A stretch of DNA of 64,000 bases, taken from sequence record ON287370.1. One strand, written 5' to 3'. Made by a program: the position numbers and the translations under genes. This document shows, in pieces, positions 49,748 through 58,194 of the stretch (position 1 is the first letter of the stretch; every line of letters begins with the position of its first letter). A model generated the notes under the pieces. That model did no database searches, was not told the origin of the DNA, and saw nothing but the letters and a program-made list of their open reading frames with translations.

Positions 49748-51487
49748 ATGACAGATCAAACTGACAATCCAATTGTTGGGCGCGTTTGTAAACATGCTTA
49801 CTTATCGTTCAACAAATTTATGGACGGTAATGATTTACTTACCGCCAAAATTACCGATATCCATAAAGATGGAACTCGTAAAGATCGATTAGTAAAAATA
49901 GAAAACTTTAAACGTGACTTTTATATAGTCAAGAAGAAGTACCAGACTTTCCAAGATAAGCGAGATTACATCGAGATAGCTAAGTGTGATAAACACAGCT
50001 CCAATGAATCTCGTCTTGCAATGCAGATCAGTAAATGTCTATATGGTCGACCAGATCGTAAAGCACAGATTGGTGAACTAAAGAATAGCCCTTATGTCTT
50101 TGGTTGTCAGGAAACTGTTCCGGTTATCTTTAAAGAACGGTTCTATAAGAAGTATCCAGATCATCAACCACAGGAAGCTTATAAAGTAGCAGCATACGAC
50201 GTTGAAACCTACATCAATCAAGATGGTTCAACTGGCTGCGTTAATATGGCTTCTATTACCTGTGGCGATACAGTTTATTGGGCTGGGATACGTAGCTTCT
50301 TCCCTGGTGATGACGATGAAACTATTTATCGTAAACTGAATGAAGCAGCTGAAGAACATTTAAAAGAGTACATGGAAAAACACAAAGTTAAAATTGTGTT
50401 TGAACTCTATGATACTCCAGGTCAAGTTGTTTATAATAACATCCAAGCATTCCACCGCATTGGTCCTGATTACATTGTTAGCTGGAACGCAAACTTTGAT
50501 ATGCAGGCCAACGAAGATGCTTTAACTAATGAAGGTTATAACTTAGCTGAAGTTTATAGTGATCCTGAAGTACCTGAGCCTTATCGTGATTACTTCTACT
50601 TTAAAGGTCGTGAGTTCAAGACTAAGGTTGATGGATCTAAATCCCCATTAGAAGCACAAGAACGTTTTCCTGTTTTACAAGCACCTGCTAAATGGCAGTG
50701 GTTTGATGGGATGTCTTTCTATGCAATTAAACGTGCTCCTGGTGGTAAGAAGGAATCTTACTCTTTGCAGAACACAGCTAAGGCTGAAGGGGTGGAAGGT
50801 AAGTTATATACTCCAGAGGCAGATCATCTTCAAGCAGGTTCTACTGAATGGCACAAGTTCATGCAGAAGAACTTCCCTTATATCTACGCAATGTATAACA
50901 TTCGAGATAACTGGGTAATTGAGGATCTTAACCGTGTAACTAATGACTACTCTCTGTCATTACCTTCTCTGATTACTTCTTCTGAACTTCGTTCATATCA
51001 GTCACAGCCTTCAATGATTTCTGATAAGTTATCATTCATTGCTTTGGAACATGGATATGTTTGGGGTACTGTAGGTCGTAAGAAGGAAGATGTCTGGAAA
51101 GAGATCAAACCAGATCTTCGTGACTGGATCGCTCTGCTGCACGCTGAGCTTAATGAAGATAAAGGCAAGCCAATCTATGCAGGTCTTCCTTCATGGCGTT
51201 CTCGTGGTCGTGGTGATACGGATGATATCGACGTAACTGGTGCTTATCCTCACATTACAGTTTCACTTAATGTATCCAACAAAACAACTAAGTTGGAAGT
51301 TTGTGAGATTGAAGGTCTGGATCGTTTCGAGTTCCGTCGTGTTGGTGTGAACTATGCATCATCTCCAATCGCTAACGCAGTTACACTGTGCAATACTATT
51401 TACGGTATGCCTCAGTTGACTGAGATCAATAGTTTCTATGAAGAGTCTGTAATTCCATTCATCAAAGAGGCTAAGAAAGCAGCATAA
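49748..51487 (+). CDS. Split family-B DNA polymerase subunit (3'-5' exonuclease plus palm motif A; phiKZ gp82-like)
   Basis: ExoI AAYDVETY, ExoII SWNANFDM, ExoIII YNIRD, then motif A DIDVTGAYP. Motifs B and C are absent. Confidence 0.8.
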   Translation: MTDQTDNPIVGRVCKHAYLSFNKFMDGNDLLTAKITDIHKDGTRKDRLVKIENFKRDFYIVKKKYQTFQDKRDYIEIAKCDKHSSNESRLAMQISKCLYGRPDRKAQIGELKNSPYVFGCQETVPVIFKERFYKKYPDHQPQEAYKVAAYDVETYINQDGSTGCVNMASITCGDTVYWAGIRSFFPGDDDETIYRKLNEAAEEHLKEYMEKHKVKIVFELYDTPGQVVYNNIQAFHRIGPDYIVSWNANFDMQANEDALTNEGYNLAEVYSDPEVPEPYRDYFYFKGREFKTKVDGSKSPLEAQERFPVLQAPAKWQWFDGMSFYAIKRAPGGKKESYSLQNTAKAEGVEGKLYTPEADHLQAGSTEWHKFMQKNFPYIYAMYNIRDNWVIEDLNRVTNDYSLSLPSLITSSELRSYQSQPSMISDKLSFIALEHGYVWGTVGRKKEDVWKEIKPDLRDWIALLHAELNEDKGKPIYAGLPSWRSRGRGDTDDIDVTGAYPHITVSLNVSNKTTKLEVCEIEGLDRFEFRRVGVNYASSPIANAVTLCNTIYGMPQLTEINSFYEESVIPFIKEAKKAA

Positions 51488-51510
51488 AAAAAATAAGTAA
51501 CTAAGTTAAC

Positions 51511-51536
51511 CCTCTACCTCCAAATGGAGGTAGAGG
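51511..51536. terminator. Bidirectional terminator, conserved hairpin family
   Basis: CCTCTACCTCCA-AA-TGGAGGTAGAGG with an A8 tract upstream, between convergent genes. Confidence 0.85.
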
Positions 51537-51542
51537 TAGTTA

Positions 51543-51695
51543 TTACATCAAGCCAAACTGTTCAACCAGTAGACGATCTTTCTCTCGCTGAACTGTTCTT
51601 TCCTTCCAGTTGGTCTGACGACCTTCTTCGAAGTTATAATAATACAGATGTGGTGATTGTATGCGAGCAACAGCCGCAGCGTAATTTTCAAACAT
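51543..51695 (-). CDS. Small early protein (50 aa)
   Basis: ATG 51695 with a GAGGT SD, downstream of an early promoter motif and ending at a terminator. Confidence 0.55.
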   Translation of the reverse strand: MFENYAAAVARIQSPHLYYYNFEEGRQTNWKERTVQREKDRLLVEQFGLM

Positions 51696-51763
51696 GAGTT
51701 GATACCTCAGTTTATAATTGATGAACTGGATGCTGTAACATCCAGGTAATAACATTATTGCTA

Positions 51764-51792
51764 TTACACTTTAATTATATATGTCTGAAAAA
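51764..51792 (-). promoter_or_regulatory. Putative early promoter
   Basis: Minus strand TTTTTCAGACATATATAATTAAAGTGTAA. Confidence 0.65.
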
Positions 51793-51810
51793 TAATGTGA
51801 ATAAAGCATG

Positions 51811-51841
51811 CCCCTACCCACTCCGAGAGGAGGGGTAGGGG
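51811..51841 (-). terminator. Terminator, conserved hairpin family
   Basis: CCCCTACCCACTCC-GAGA-GGAGGGGTAGGGG. Confidence 0.8.
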
Positions 51842-51850
51842 TTATGTTTG

Positions 51851-52408
51851 TTATTCGAGTGCTGTCAGGTGATACTCACCATCCATTGCCGCTTGATGAA
51901 TCACTGCATTGACCACACTGTACAGATCTTCGGCGCGGTCGATAAAGCCTTCATGAGGGATGTTAGCTACCACCACCCCATTAACACGAACCCGGTACAT
52001 TTGAATCGCCTGTTTGGTTTCACGACGTTTCTGAATATCGATACTACCTGATACATAGGTTGGATGAACCATACCAGTTGGACCACCCAGAATGTGAGAC
52101 GTAATGTCATCCACCTTCTGCAAGATATCTTTACCCACGATACGAGTAAGGCTTTCAATTACCATATCAAGAGAAACACCTTTGCTATGGAGTATGATCC
52201 CTTTACGTTTACCATTGGCATAAACCACATAGGTTTTACCAGAACGTTCCAGAGCGGTTTTAAAGGACCATGTCCCTGGAGGGGTGACCTTAACTACCAA
52301 AGAAATGTCATCATTGACTTCAATGGAATAATCTTCAGGGCCTGCCTTGTTGATGGACTCAAGAATTTCTTCTGCCAAGGCTACAATGTTTTCTTTATTG
52401 ACTAACAT
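51851..52408 (-). CDS. Early hypothetical protein
   Basis: 185 aa, SD AAGGAAG, flanked by a promoter motif and a terminator. Confidence 0.7.
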   Translation of the reverse strand: MLVNKENIVALAEEILESINKAGPEDYSIEVNDDISLVVKVTPPGTWSFKTALERSGKTYVVYANGKRKGIILHSKGVSLDMVIESLTRIVGKDILQKVDDITSHILGGPTGMVHPTYVSGSIDIQKRRETKQAIQMYRVRVNGVVVANIPHEGFIDRAEDLYSVVNAVIHQAAMDGEYHLTALE

Positions 52409-52458
52409 ATTTTCTTCCTTTTATTGGTGAGGTTTACTACTTAATAAATTTGTTTCCT

Positions 52459-52488
52459 TATACACTCTAATAATATCTACTTGAAAAC
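52459..52488 (-). promoter_or_regulatory. Putative early promoter
   Basis: Minus strand TTTTCAAGTAGATATTATTAGAGTGTATAA. Confidence 0.65.
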
Positions 52489-52507
52489 ATATAGACAACA
52501 TAAAAAC

Positions 52508-52537
52508 CCCTACCCCTTCCTTGCGGAGGGAGTAGGG
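52508..52537 (-). terminator. Terminator, conserved hairpin family
   Basis: CCCTACCCCTTCC-TTGC-GGAGGGAGTAGGG with a downstream TTTTT on the minus strand. Confidence 0.8.
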
Positions 52538-52543
52538 AGTTTA

Positions 52544-53086
52544 TTAACGGTAGACGTAATTAGTCAGACGTTGTTTAGTGATCGGATCAAACATGCTAGT
52601 GAACTTAACCATGTCGTAGTTAGCCAGGAAACGTTGGCGGTTACGTGCATTGTCAGACAGCATGGTGATGAACAGCATGAAACGCTTATAACGTTCCACT
52701 TCAACTTTGTTCAGTTGAGATTCGATGCTACGCAGCGGAGCCAGCACCTGACTATAATCAAAGACATCGCGGTTCTCTGCGATGGTCAGCAAGAAGTGAT
52801 CCAGAATGATCTTAACTTGATTATCAGACAGGCGCAACATAGCCGGCACAGAGTTGAAGAAAGTACGTTGGAACTTCTGACGTTCTTCGAGGGTACCTGA
52901 AGAGATATTACCTTTCAGGAAATCAGCGAACTCAGTGATGTTCTTCTTGTACAGATCTTCGGCACTCATCTGCATGTTAACAGAGCTTACACCCAGTACA
53001 CGGTCAGCTTGTGCTTCATCTTTAACTTGTTTAACAACGGTATTTTCACGTTTCTCCAACTTAGGAGGTTCGTAGGAGTTACCCAT
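52544..53086 (-). CDS. Conserved hypothetical protein
   Basis: 180 aa, strong codon bias, SD AAGGA. Confidence 0.7.
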   Translation of the reverse strand: MGNSYEPPKLEKRENTVVKQVKDEAQADRVLGVSSVNMQMSAEDLYKKNITEFADFLKGNISSGTLEERQKFQRTFFNSVPAMLRLSDNQVKIILDHFLLTIAENRDVFDYSQVLAPLRSIESQLNKVEVERYKRFMLFITMLSDNARNRQRFLANYDMVKFTSMFDPITKQRLTNYVYR

Positions 53087-53091
53087 GATCT

Positions 53092-53487
53092 TTATCCTTT
53101 ACTCTTTTGAGCTAAAGCAATGGCGGCCTTCTGAGGGTCACCATTACCACCTTGTCGAGTAGCTTCACGTTTGACGGCGTCCATCTTAGCTTTAATAGCA
53201 GCTTGCTCGCCTTCAACTAAGCCTTCAATGAAGTCCTCTATAAAATCCACAGGCATTTCAAGATAATCTTTGAAAGGCATGAATTTACTATATTCCCTTA
53301 CCCCGAACGTATGGCCAATTATCTTTGCGGACCATGGGTGGAAGAAATCCCTGGTATTGGTGTTATACCGCAAATGGGAACTCATCGATTCCTGTTCAGA
53401 GATATACCCATATTTAATCATGAAAAGCCGTCTTTCCAAGACGGCTAATTTAACATGATCTTTTTCTTTGGCTGCTGCAATGAACAA
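53092..53487 (-). CDS. ORF lacking a good independent start; probable -1 frameshift extension of 53532..55145
   Basis: The track start is TTG without a clear SD. The frame stays open up to 53655, overlapping the upstream gene in the -1 frame across a slippery heptamer. Confidence 0.6.
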   Translation of the reverse strand: MFIAAAKEKDHVKLAVLERRLFMIKYGYISEQESMSSHLRYNTNTRDFFHPWSAKIIGHTFGVREYSKFMPFKDYLEMPVDFIEDFIEGLVEGEQAAIKAKMDAVKREATRQGGNGDPQKAAIALAQKSKG

Positions 53488-53531
53488 CTCACTGCAACGG
53501 TTCAGAACACGAGGGTCTAAATCAGAGTCAC

Positions 53532-55145
53532 TTAAGAAAGACCGTCCTCTTGTAAACTCTGCTGACCGGTTCTGATTGAGATCATCATTCGGGTATGGGC
53601 GAAAAAATTCAGAATAGGATCGATTGGGGTAAACGAGTGGAGTTCTTCCTGATCTTTACCTTCTGACTTCTTCTTACAGTTAGGGCATTCATCGTCACAA
53701 ATACCGACAAAGGTATAGGACATGCGAGGAGCGATGGTGATAACTTTCTCCAGGGCACGATAATACATTTGATCGTCTTTGTTGAAGATATCCATCAGAC
53801 CTTCATCGAACTCTTTCGGGTTCTCTTCACGATAGATAACTTCTTTGGTACCTTCTGCTTCAGCCGGTGGATCGAACTCCATGGCACGGAACCATTGGAT
53901 ATATTCATGACCGCGCATCTGAGCAAGATACTCACGACGTTTTTCATCAAACACTTTCGGGTTAGCGAATTTAACAGCCAGCTCACGTAACTCAGGGTTA
54001 ATACGAGCAGCCATCTCATCATAAGCCATAAAGTACTCAGAGATATAAGGTACATCAATAATCAGACGACCATTACCTTCAGTGAGTTCTACTTTATTAT
54101 CCAGCACGTTACCTTCTTTGTCTTTATAGACAGGAGGGTTGTTAGCCAGATCTTCAGGAGATAACTTCAGACCTTCGTTAACCAGTTTGAACAGAAGAGT
54201 ACGACGTTCTTCTGGTTGATCTTCTTCAACATACAGAAGCATGTTAGCTGGATCAATAACGCTGTTAGCAGACCAACCACATTTATTAGCTAGACAGTTC
54301 ATGCGGAAAGTCACACCTTTAGGAGAAGTGATTTTCAACATAGCTTGGGCCATGTGGTTAATGTCGTTAGCCAGGATATAATTCTTCAGCTGAATTGGAT
54401 CATCAATACCTTTAACACTATGGTAGCTGACACGATCCAACATGAAGTCAATCAGAATCTGACTGATACCAGCACGTTCCAAGTGAATGGAAGTTTGGTT
54501 ATAATGCTCACCGTACATGTGAAGCTTAGTAGCCACATCGTTGATCAGTCGAACCAGATCCAGTGGGGTAGGGATCTTAACGCGCAGGAAGATCAATGAG
54601 TTAGCCAAGATGACGTTAAAGCTATCTGGAGATCCCGATGCTTTCAGGAAGGTGCGACGCATACGTTCACGCACACCCATTTCACTCTTAACGGTAGGAG
54701 TGATAGCTGAGATCAAACCTAAACGACCACCATTCTTAAGAGGAACAGTGTTGACCAGTTTACGATCACGCACTACATCTACTGTAGCATTACGGACCAG
54801 ACCACGATCGAAACCATTGAAGTAGAAACGGAAGTAGTTGGTAAGCATGTTACCAAGCAGTTCTTCTTCCACACCTTCAAAGTGAGCTTCACGGAGTTCT
54901 TCAAAACGATCTTTCAGAACGTTGGCTTGACGTTCTTCACCAGCAGCAGCTGCATCACGCCAACCCAGGAAAGCCACTGCAGTTTTGTAGATGGCTTCAT
55001 GTTCTTCTTTCAGAGTACCGACGAAGAGTGGGAGTGAAGGATCGTAGTCATCTGCTGGACCAACGAGAGCATTAGTAAGCGTAATGATTGCTGCTTCCTT
55101 GTTCACGTTTTCCTGCATTTCAGTTTGAGGAATATTCTCAGACAT
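53532..55145 (-). CDS. Tail/baseplate assembly chaperone-like protein (T4 gp26-type Cys-motif protein)
   Basis: 537 aa with CLANKC and CPNC motifs and a near-terminal ..ILNFF, resembling the ..DFF end of T4 gp26-type and myophage tail chaperones. Confidence 0.5.
   Translation of the reverse strand: MSENIPQTEMQENVNKEAAIITLTNALVGPADDYDPSLPLFVGTLKEEHEAIYKTAVAFLGWRDAAAAGEERQANVLKDRFEELREAHFEGVEEELLGNMLTNYFRFYFNGFDRGLVRNATVDVVRDRKLVNTVPLKNGGRLGLISAITPTVKSEMGVRERMRRTFLKASGSPDSFNVILANSLIFLRVKIPTPLDLVRLINDVATKLHMYGEHYNQTSIHLERAGISQILIDFMLDRVSYHSVKGIDDPIQLKNYILANDINHMAQAMLKITSPKGVTFRMNCLANKCGWSANSVIDPANMLLYVEEDQPEERRTLLFKLVNEGLKLSPEDLANNPPVYKDKEGNVLDNKVELTEGNGRLIIDVPYISEYFMAYDEMAARINPELRELAVKFANPKVFDEKRREYLAQMRGHEYIQWFRAMEFDPPAEAEGTKEVIYREENPKEFDEGLMDIFNKDDQMYYRALEKVITIAPRMSYTFVGICDDECPNCKKKSEGKDQEELHSFTPIDPILNFFAHTRMMISIRTGQQSLQEDGLS
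53601..53607 (-). promoter_or_regulatory. Candidate -1 ribosomal frameshift slippery site T TTT TTC
   Basis: In-frame AAT TTT TTC (N513-F514-F515) fits X XXY YYZ; a -1 slip enters the open frame of 53092..53487. Confidence 0.6.
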
Positions 55146-55177
55146 GTTAATACCTTATATAAGGATGAGTGAGTGAA

Positions 55178-55933
55178 TTAAACCTGTGGGACAAATGGAG
55201 CTTCATCCGCACCAGACAGGTGTTGTTCTGCTTCTGCTGCTTCGCGTTGTTCCTTTTCAACTTTAGCATCGTGCAGTTTCAGTTCCGCCAGGTATTTGTA
55301 AGCAACTGCTTGCAGAGCACGCATACGGCGTTCTTCTGGAGAACCTTCGGTGATTTCCAGAGACATACGGGAAATCGCTTCTTCCATGATCAGGCTATGT
55401 TTTTCCATACGTGCAACTTCACCGTACAGATCTTCAGAGATATTAGCCAGGTTGGTACCGATATCGAATGCTTCAGTTTCGATAGCCACATCATCACGTT
55501 GATCTTCAGGAGTCTGGTTCATGTACTCCAGGCGACCAATACGGCTGTCGAAGTTCATCAGTACACGAGAGATGTCATCCAGAGGGATCTGAACTTCATG
55601 TTGCATTGCACCAGAGTCAGCCAGAGTTTTACCCAGGGTTACGTAGCAGTACAGTTTGAATACCTGACCAATCGCTTCTTTAATACCCTTAATCATATCA
55701 GTTGAGTTCTTAAACTCGGACTGAACTTGTTTACGCTTGTTGATATCCAACACTGCATTTTCCAAAACAGTATCGAAATCAGCAATACGACCATCAGCAT
55801 TCAGTGCGCCACGAAGCTGGCGATGTTTGATGGCTTGAGGTGTCGCTTTAGCTTTTGCTACAGATTTTGCTTTGGCTTTAGCACGAGCAGTACGTTTAGC
55901 AGCTTTAGCTTGAGCAATGTTTTTCTTGGACAT
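55178..55933 (-). CDS. Hypothetical protein with an Ala/Lys-rich basic N-terminus; start re-assigned to 55933
   Basis: MSKKNIAQAKAAKRTARAKAKAKSVAKAK; SD AAAGGG. Confidence 0.7.
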   Translation of the reverse strand: MSKKNIAQAKAAKRTARAKAKAKSVAKAKATPQAIKHRQLRGALNADGRIADFDTVLENAVLDINKRKQVQSEFKNSTDMIKGIKEAIGQVFKLYCYVTLGKTLADSGAMQHEVQIPLDDISRVLMNFDSRIGRLEYMNQTPEDQRDDVAIETEAFDIGTNLANISEDLYGEVARMEKHSLIMEEAISRMSLEITEGSPEERRMRALQAVAYKYLAELKLHDAKVEKEQREAAEAEQHLSGADEAPFVPQV

Positions 55934-55970
55934 GTTATGAACCCTTTTAATATAAGTGATAGGTAAACCT

Positions 55971-56852
55971 ATGTCAGAAATGATCGATCTTACCAACGTA
56001 GATTTAGGTGTGGAAAATCTTGGTGAGATGTGGCAGGACTTTATTGCTCGCTGCACACCTGAACACGCTACACAATACAACCAGGCGTATAATTTAATTG
56101 CAATCAGTTTTCCTGAAAGCTTTATCGATAATACGATTACTCATATCCTAGTGGATGAATCTATCGGTACGGCAGACATGATGGCACATATTCGTATCCT
56201 CTTTATTGATACGATCATCGATGCCTTGCAGATAATGGGAATCATCATTGATAAAGACTGGATTGATCCAAACTCTTTACCTGAGTTGATCGTAGTATTG
56301 GATACCATCTTCATGGTTGACGGTATGACCGACCTTATTGGTCTGTATGATACTCTTAACGATGAAGAAGCTGATCCTAAAGAACGTTTCATTCGTGTAG
56401 TAAGAATGACTCAACCTCAGTTCGATATGGAGAACATGGAATACCACATCAAAGAAGTTTCCACTAACGTTATTCGTGGTATCTTGATTGGTATTAATGT
56501 TATCGAGCAGGATGATGAAACTTGGGTTGATCCATGGTTACAGAAACGCATTAAAGCTAATGCTGAGTTATTGAAAGGAACTATGGGTGGGGAACACATC
56601 ATTAATGGTGGTGGGGTGGGTCAAGACTTTGACGGATACCATAAGTTATTTACCAACCAATTGGCTAAAGCTTTAGTAGATGATGACGCTACTGTTTATC
56701 TCACTAATGTCCTGAGCCTGATGTTGATTTCCTATATGACCGATGAAGATATCACTGGTCAGTTTAGTGCTTTGGTAGAAGAACATTGTAATACTATCGA
56801 AGAAGCCTATAAAGGAACAAGCATTTTGAATAAGGTTAAACTCGATGCATAA
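55971..56852 (+). CDS. Acidic conserved protein preceding the vRNAP beta-prime gene (gp79/gp41-like)
   Basis: ATG 55971 with an AGGT SD; overlaps the RNAP gene start. Confidence 0.6.
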   Translation: MSEMIDLTNVDLGVENLGEMWQDFIARCTPEHATQYNQAYNLIAISFPESFIDNTITHILVDESIGTADMMAHIRILFIDTIIDALQIMGIIIDKDWIDPNSLPELIVVLDTIFMVDGMTDLIGLYDTLNDEEADPKERFIRVVRMTQPQFDMENMEYHIKEVSTNVIRGILIGINVIEQDDETWVDPWLQKRIKANAELLKGTMGGEHIINGGGVGQDFDGYHKLFTNQLAKALVDDDATVYLTNVLSLMLISYMTDEDITGQFSALVEEHCNTIEEAYKGTSILNKVKLDA

Positions 56853-58152
56853 ATTAGATTATCTCTTCATGGCTTTCAGGAATCGTGCTTACATCCGTAA
56901 GTCATTCTTGATGTCTATCTTTAGTTTGGTCCATGATGATCCTGCAAACCGCAAGATGTTGGAGGATGTACCGTATGCTGCCATTCGCGATGATGAAACT
57001 AAAACTGTATACTTCCTTGATGAGAATCGTCAGAAAGTTACAATCGAAGGAGGCAATTATGCACTGCCACTTTTCGATAAGAATGAAAAGATTACAGTTG
57101 ACACTGAAGCCCATGGTTTTATCACTGAGAAAATGGAAACTACGATAGGTATCTTTTTAACCAATATCGTAGTACTGTTTGAATCTTTCCAGAATCGTAC
57201 TAATTACTTTAATGGTAAGATTGCAGGTGGGACCATCCAAGGTATTATTGATGGACTGATGGTTGATAACCCAGAACCAGGTCAAGAAGTTCCTGAAGGT
57301 AAAGCATCTGTAGACGACTGCCTGAAAGTGACTAAGCAGCTTGATTACTTGGAAGGCATGAACCAAGTATTCGTTAAAGCATCATCCATAGACGTCCTGA
57401 CAGTTCACCCAGAGGTTTTAAAACTCAGAGATGAACTACTCAAGCAACTGGAAGATGAAGGCAAGCTAGACGATCCTACAGCCGTTGCTGTGGCCATCGA
57501 TAAAGTAATTGCCCTTGATGCTAAGATCCAGTACTCCGGCCCATCTAAAGACTTCTTCATTAACGGTAAATTTATCGATAACGCCCGTAAGAAGATGTTC
57601 ATTATCTTTGATATGGTACCTGACTTCAACACCGGTAAATATAACTTACTCCGTAAGTCACTGGATGAAGGTTGGGATCCTAATCATTATCCTGAATATA
57701 TCAACACCGCTATTTCTGCTTCCTTTGACCGTGGTAACGCAACAGGTGAAGGTGGTGCTGAGGTTAAGGTTGCCATCCTGTTAACTAACCGTATCAGGGT
57801 AGCTGGTGAAGATTGTAAAACACCAAGAACTGAAACTGTTAAGTTGAATAAACATAACTTTAAAGGTTGGATTGGTGGATTCTACATGGATGGTGGAGTT
57901 CCTAAGAAACTGTCTAAGTCTGATTCCGATATGATTGGTAAAACTGTGGAAATGCGTGTTCCTCAGTACTGCACTCAACCAGAAGATAACCTTTGCCATG
58001 TTTGTTGTGGTGAGAAACTGGGTAAGATAGAAAACCGTGTTTCAGCTGAAGCTGTTTACATCTTTACACAGTTTATGTTAACTCGTATGAAGGCAATGCA
58101 TGTTTCTCAACTACGTACAATATCTATGACAATGGATCAAATTTTAAGATAG
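56845..58152 (+). CDS. Virion RNA polymerase beta-prime subunit, C-terminal part (phiKZ gp80 / SPN3US gp42-like)
   Basis: DCKT...MRVPQYC...LCHVCCGEKLG matches the RpoC Zn site (DCGT...RS...C...VC..CYG). TQFMLTRMKAMH matches the trigger loop TQLTMRTFH. Confidence 0.85.
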   Translation: MHKLDYLFMAFRNRAYIRKSFLMSIFSLVHDDPANRKMLEDVPYAAIRDDETKTVYFLDENRQKVTIEGGNYALPLFDKNEKITVDTEAHGFITEKMETTIGIFLTNIVVLFESFQNRTNYFNGKIAGGTIQGIIDGLMVDNPEPGQEVPEGKASVDDCLKVTKQLDYLEGMNQVFVKASSIDVLTVHPEVLKLRDELLKQLEDEGKLDDPTAVAVAIDKVIALDAKIQYSGPSKDFFINGKFIDNARKKMFIIFDMVPDFNTGKYNLLRKSLDEGWDPNHYPEYINTAISASFDRGNATGEGGAEVKVAILLTNRIRVAGEDCKTPRTETVKLNKHNFKGWIGGFYMDGGVPKKLSKSDSDMIGKTVEMRVPQYCTQPEDNLCHVCCGEKLGKIENRVSAEAVYIFTQFMLTRMKAMHVSQLRTISMTMDQILR

Positions 58153-58160
58153 CATAACAG

Positions 58161-58189
58161 ACCTCTACTCCCATCACGGGAGTAGAGGT
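58161..58189. terminator. Bidirectional terminator, conserved hairpin family
   Basis: ACCTCTACTCCC-ATCAC-GGGAGTAGAGGT between the convergent RNAP and HNH genes. Confidence 0.85.
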
Positions 58190-58194
58190 TATGT

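Noticed and set aside
52481-52900. 139-aa plus-strand ORF
   Set aside because: It is antisense to a biased gene and reads through a terminator and a promoter.
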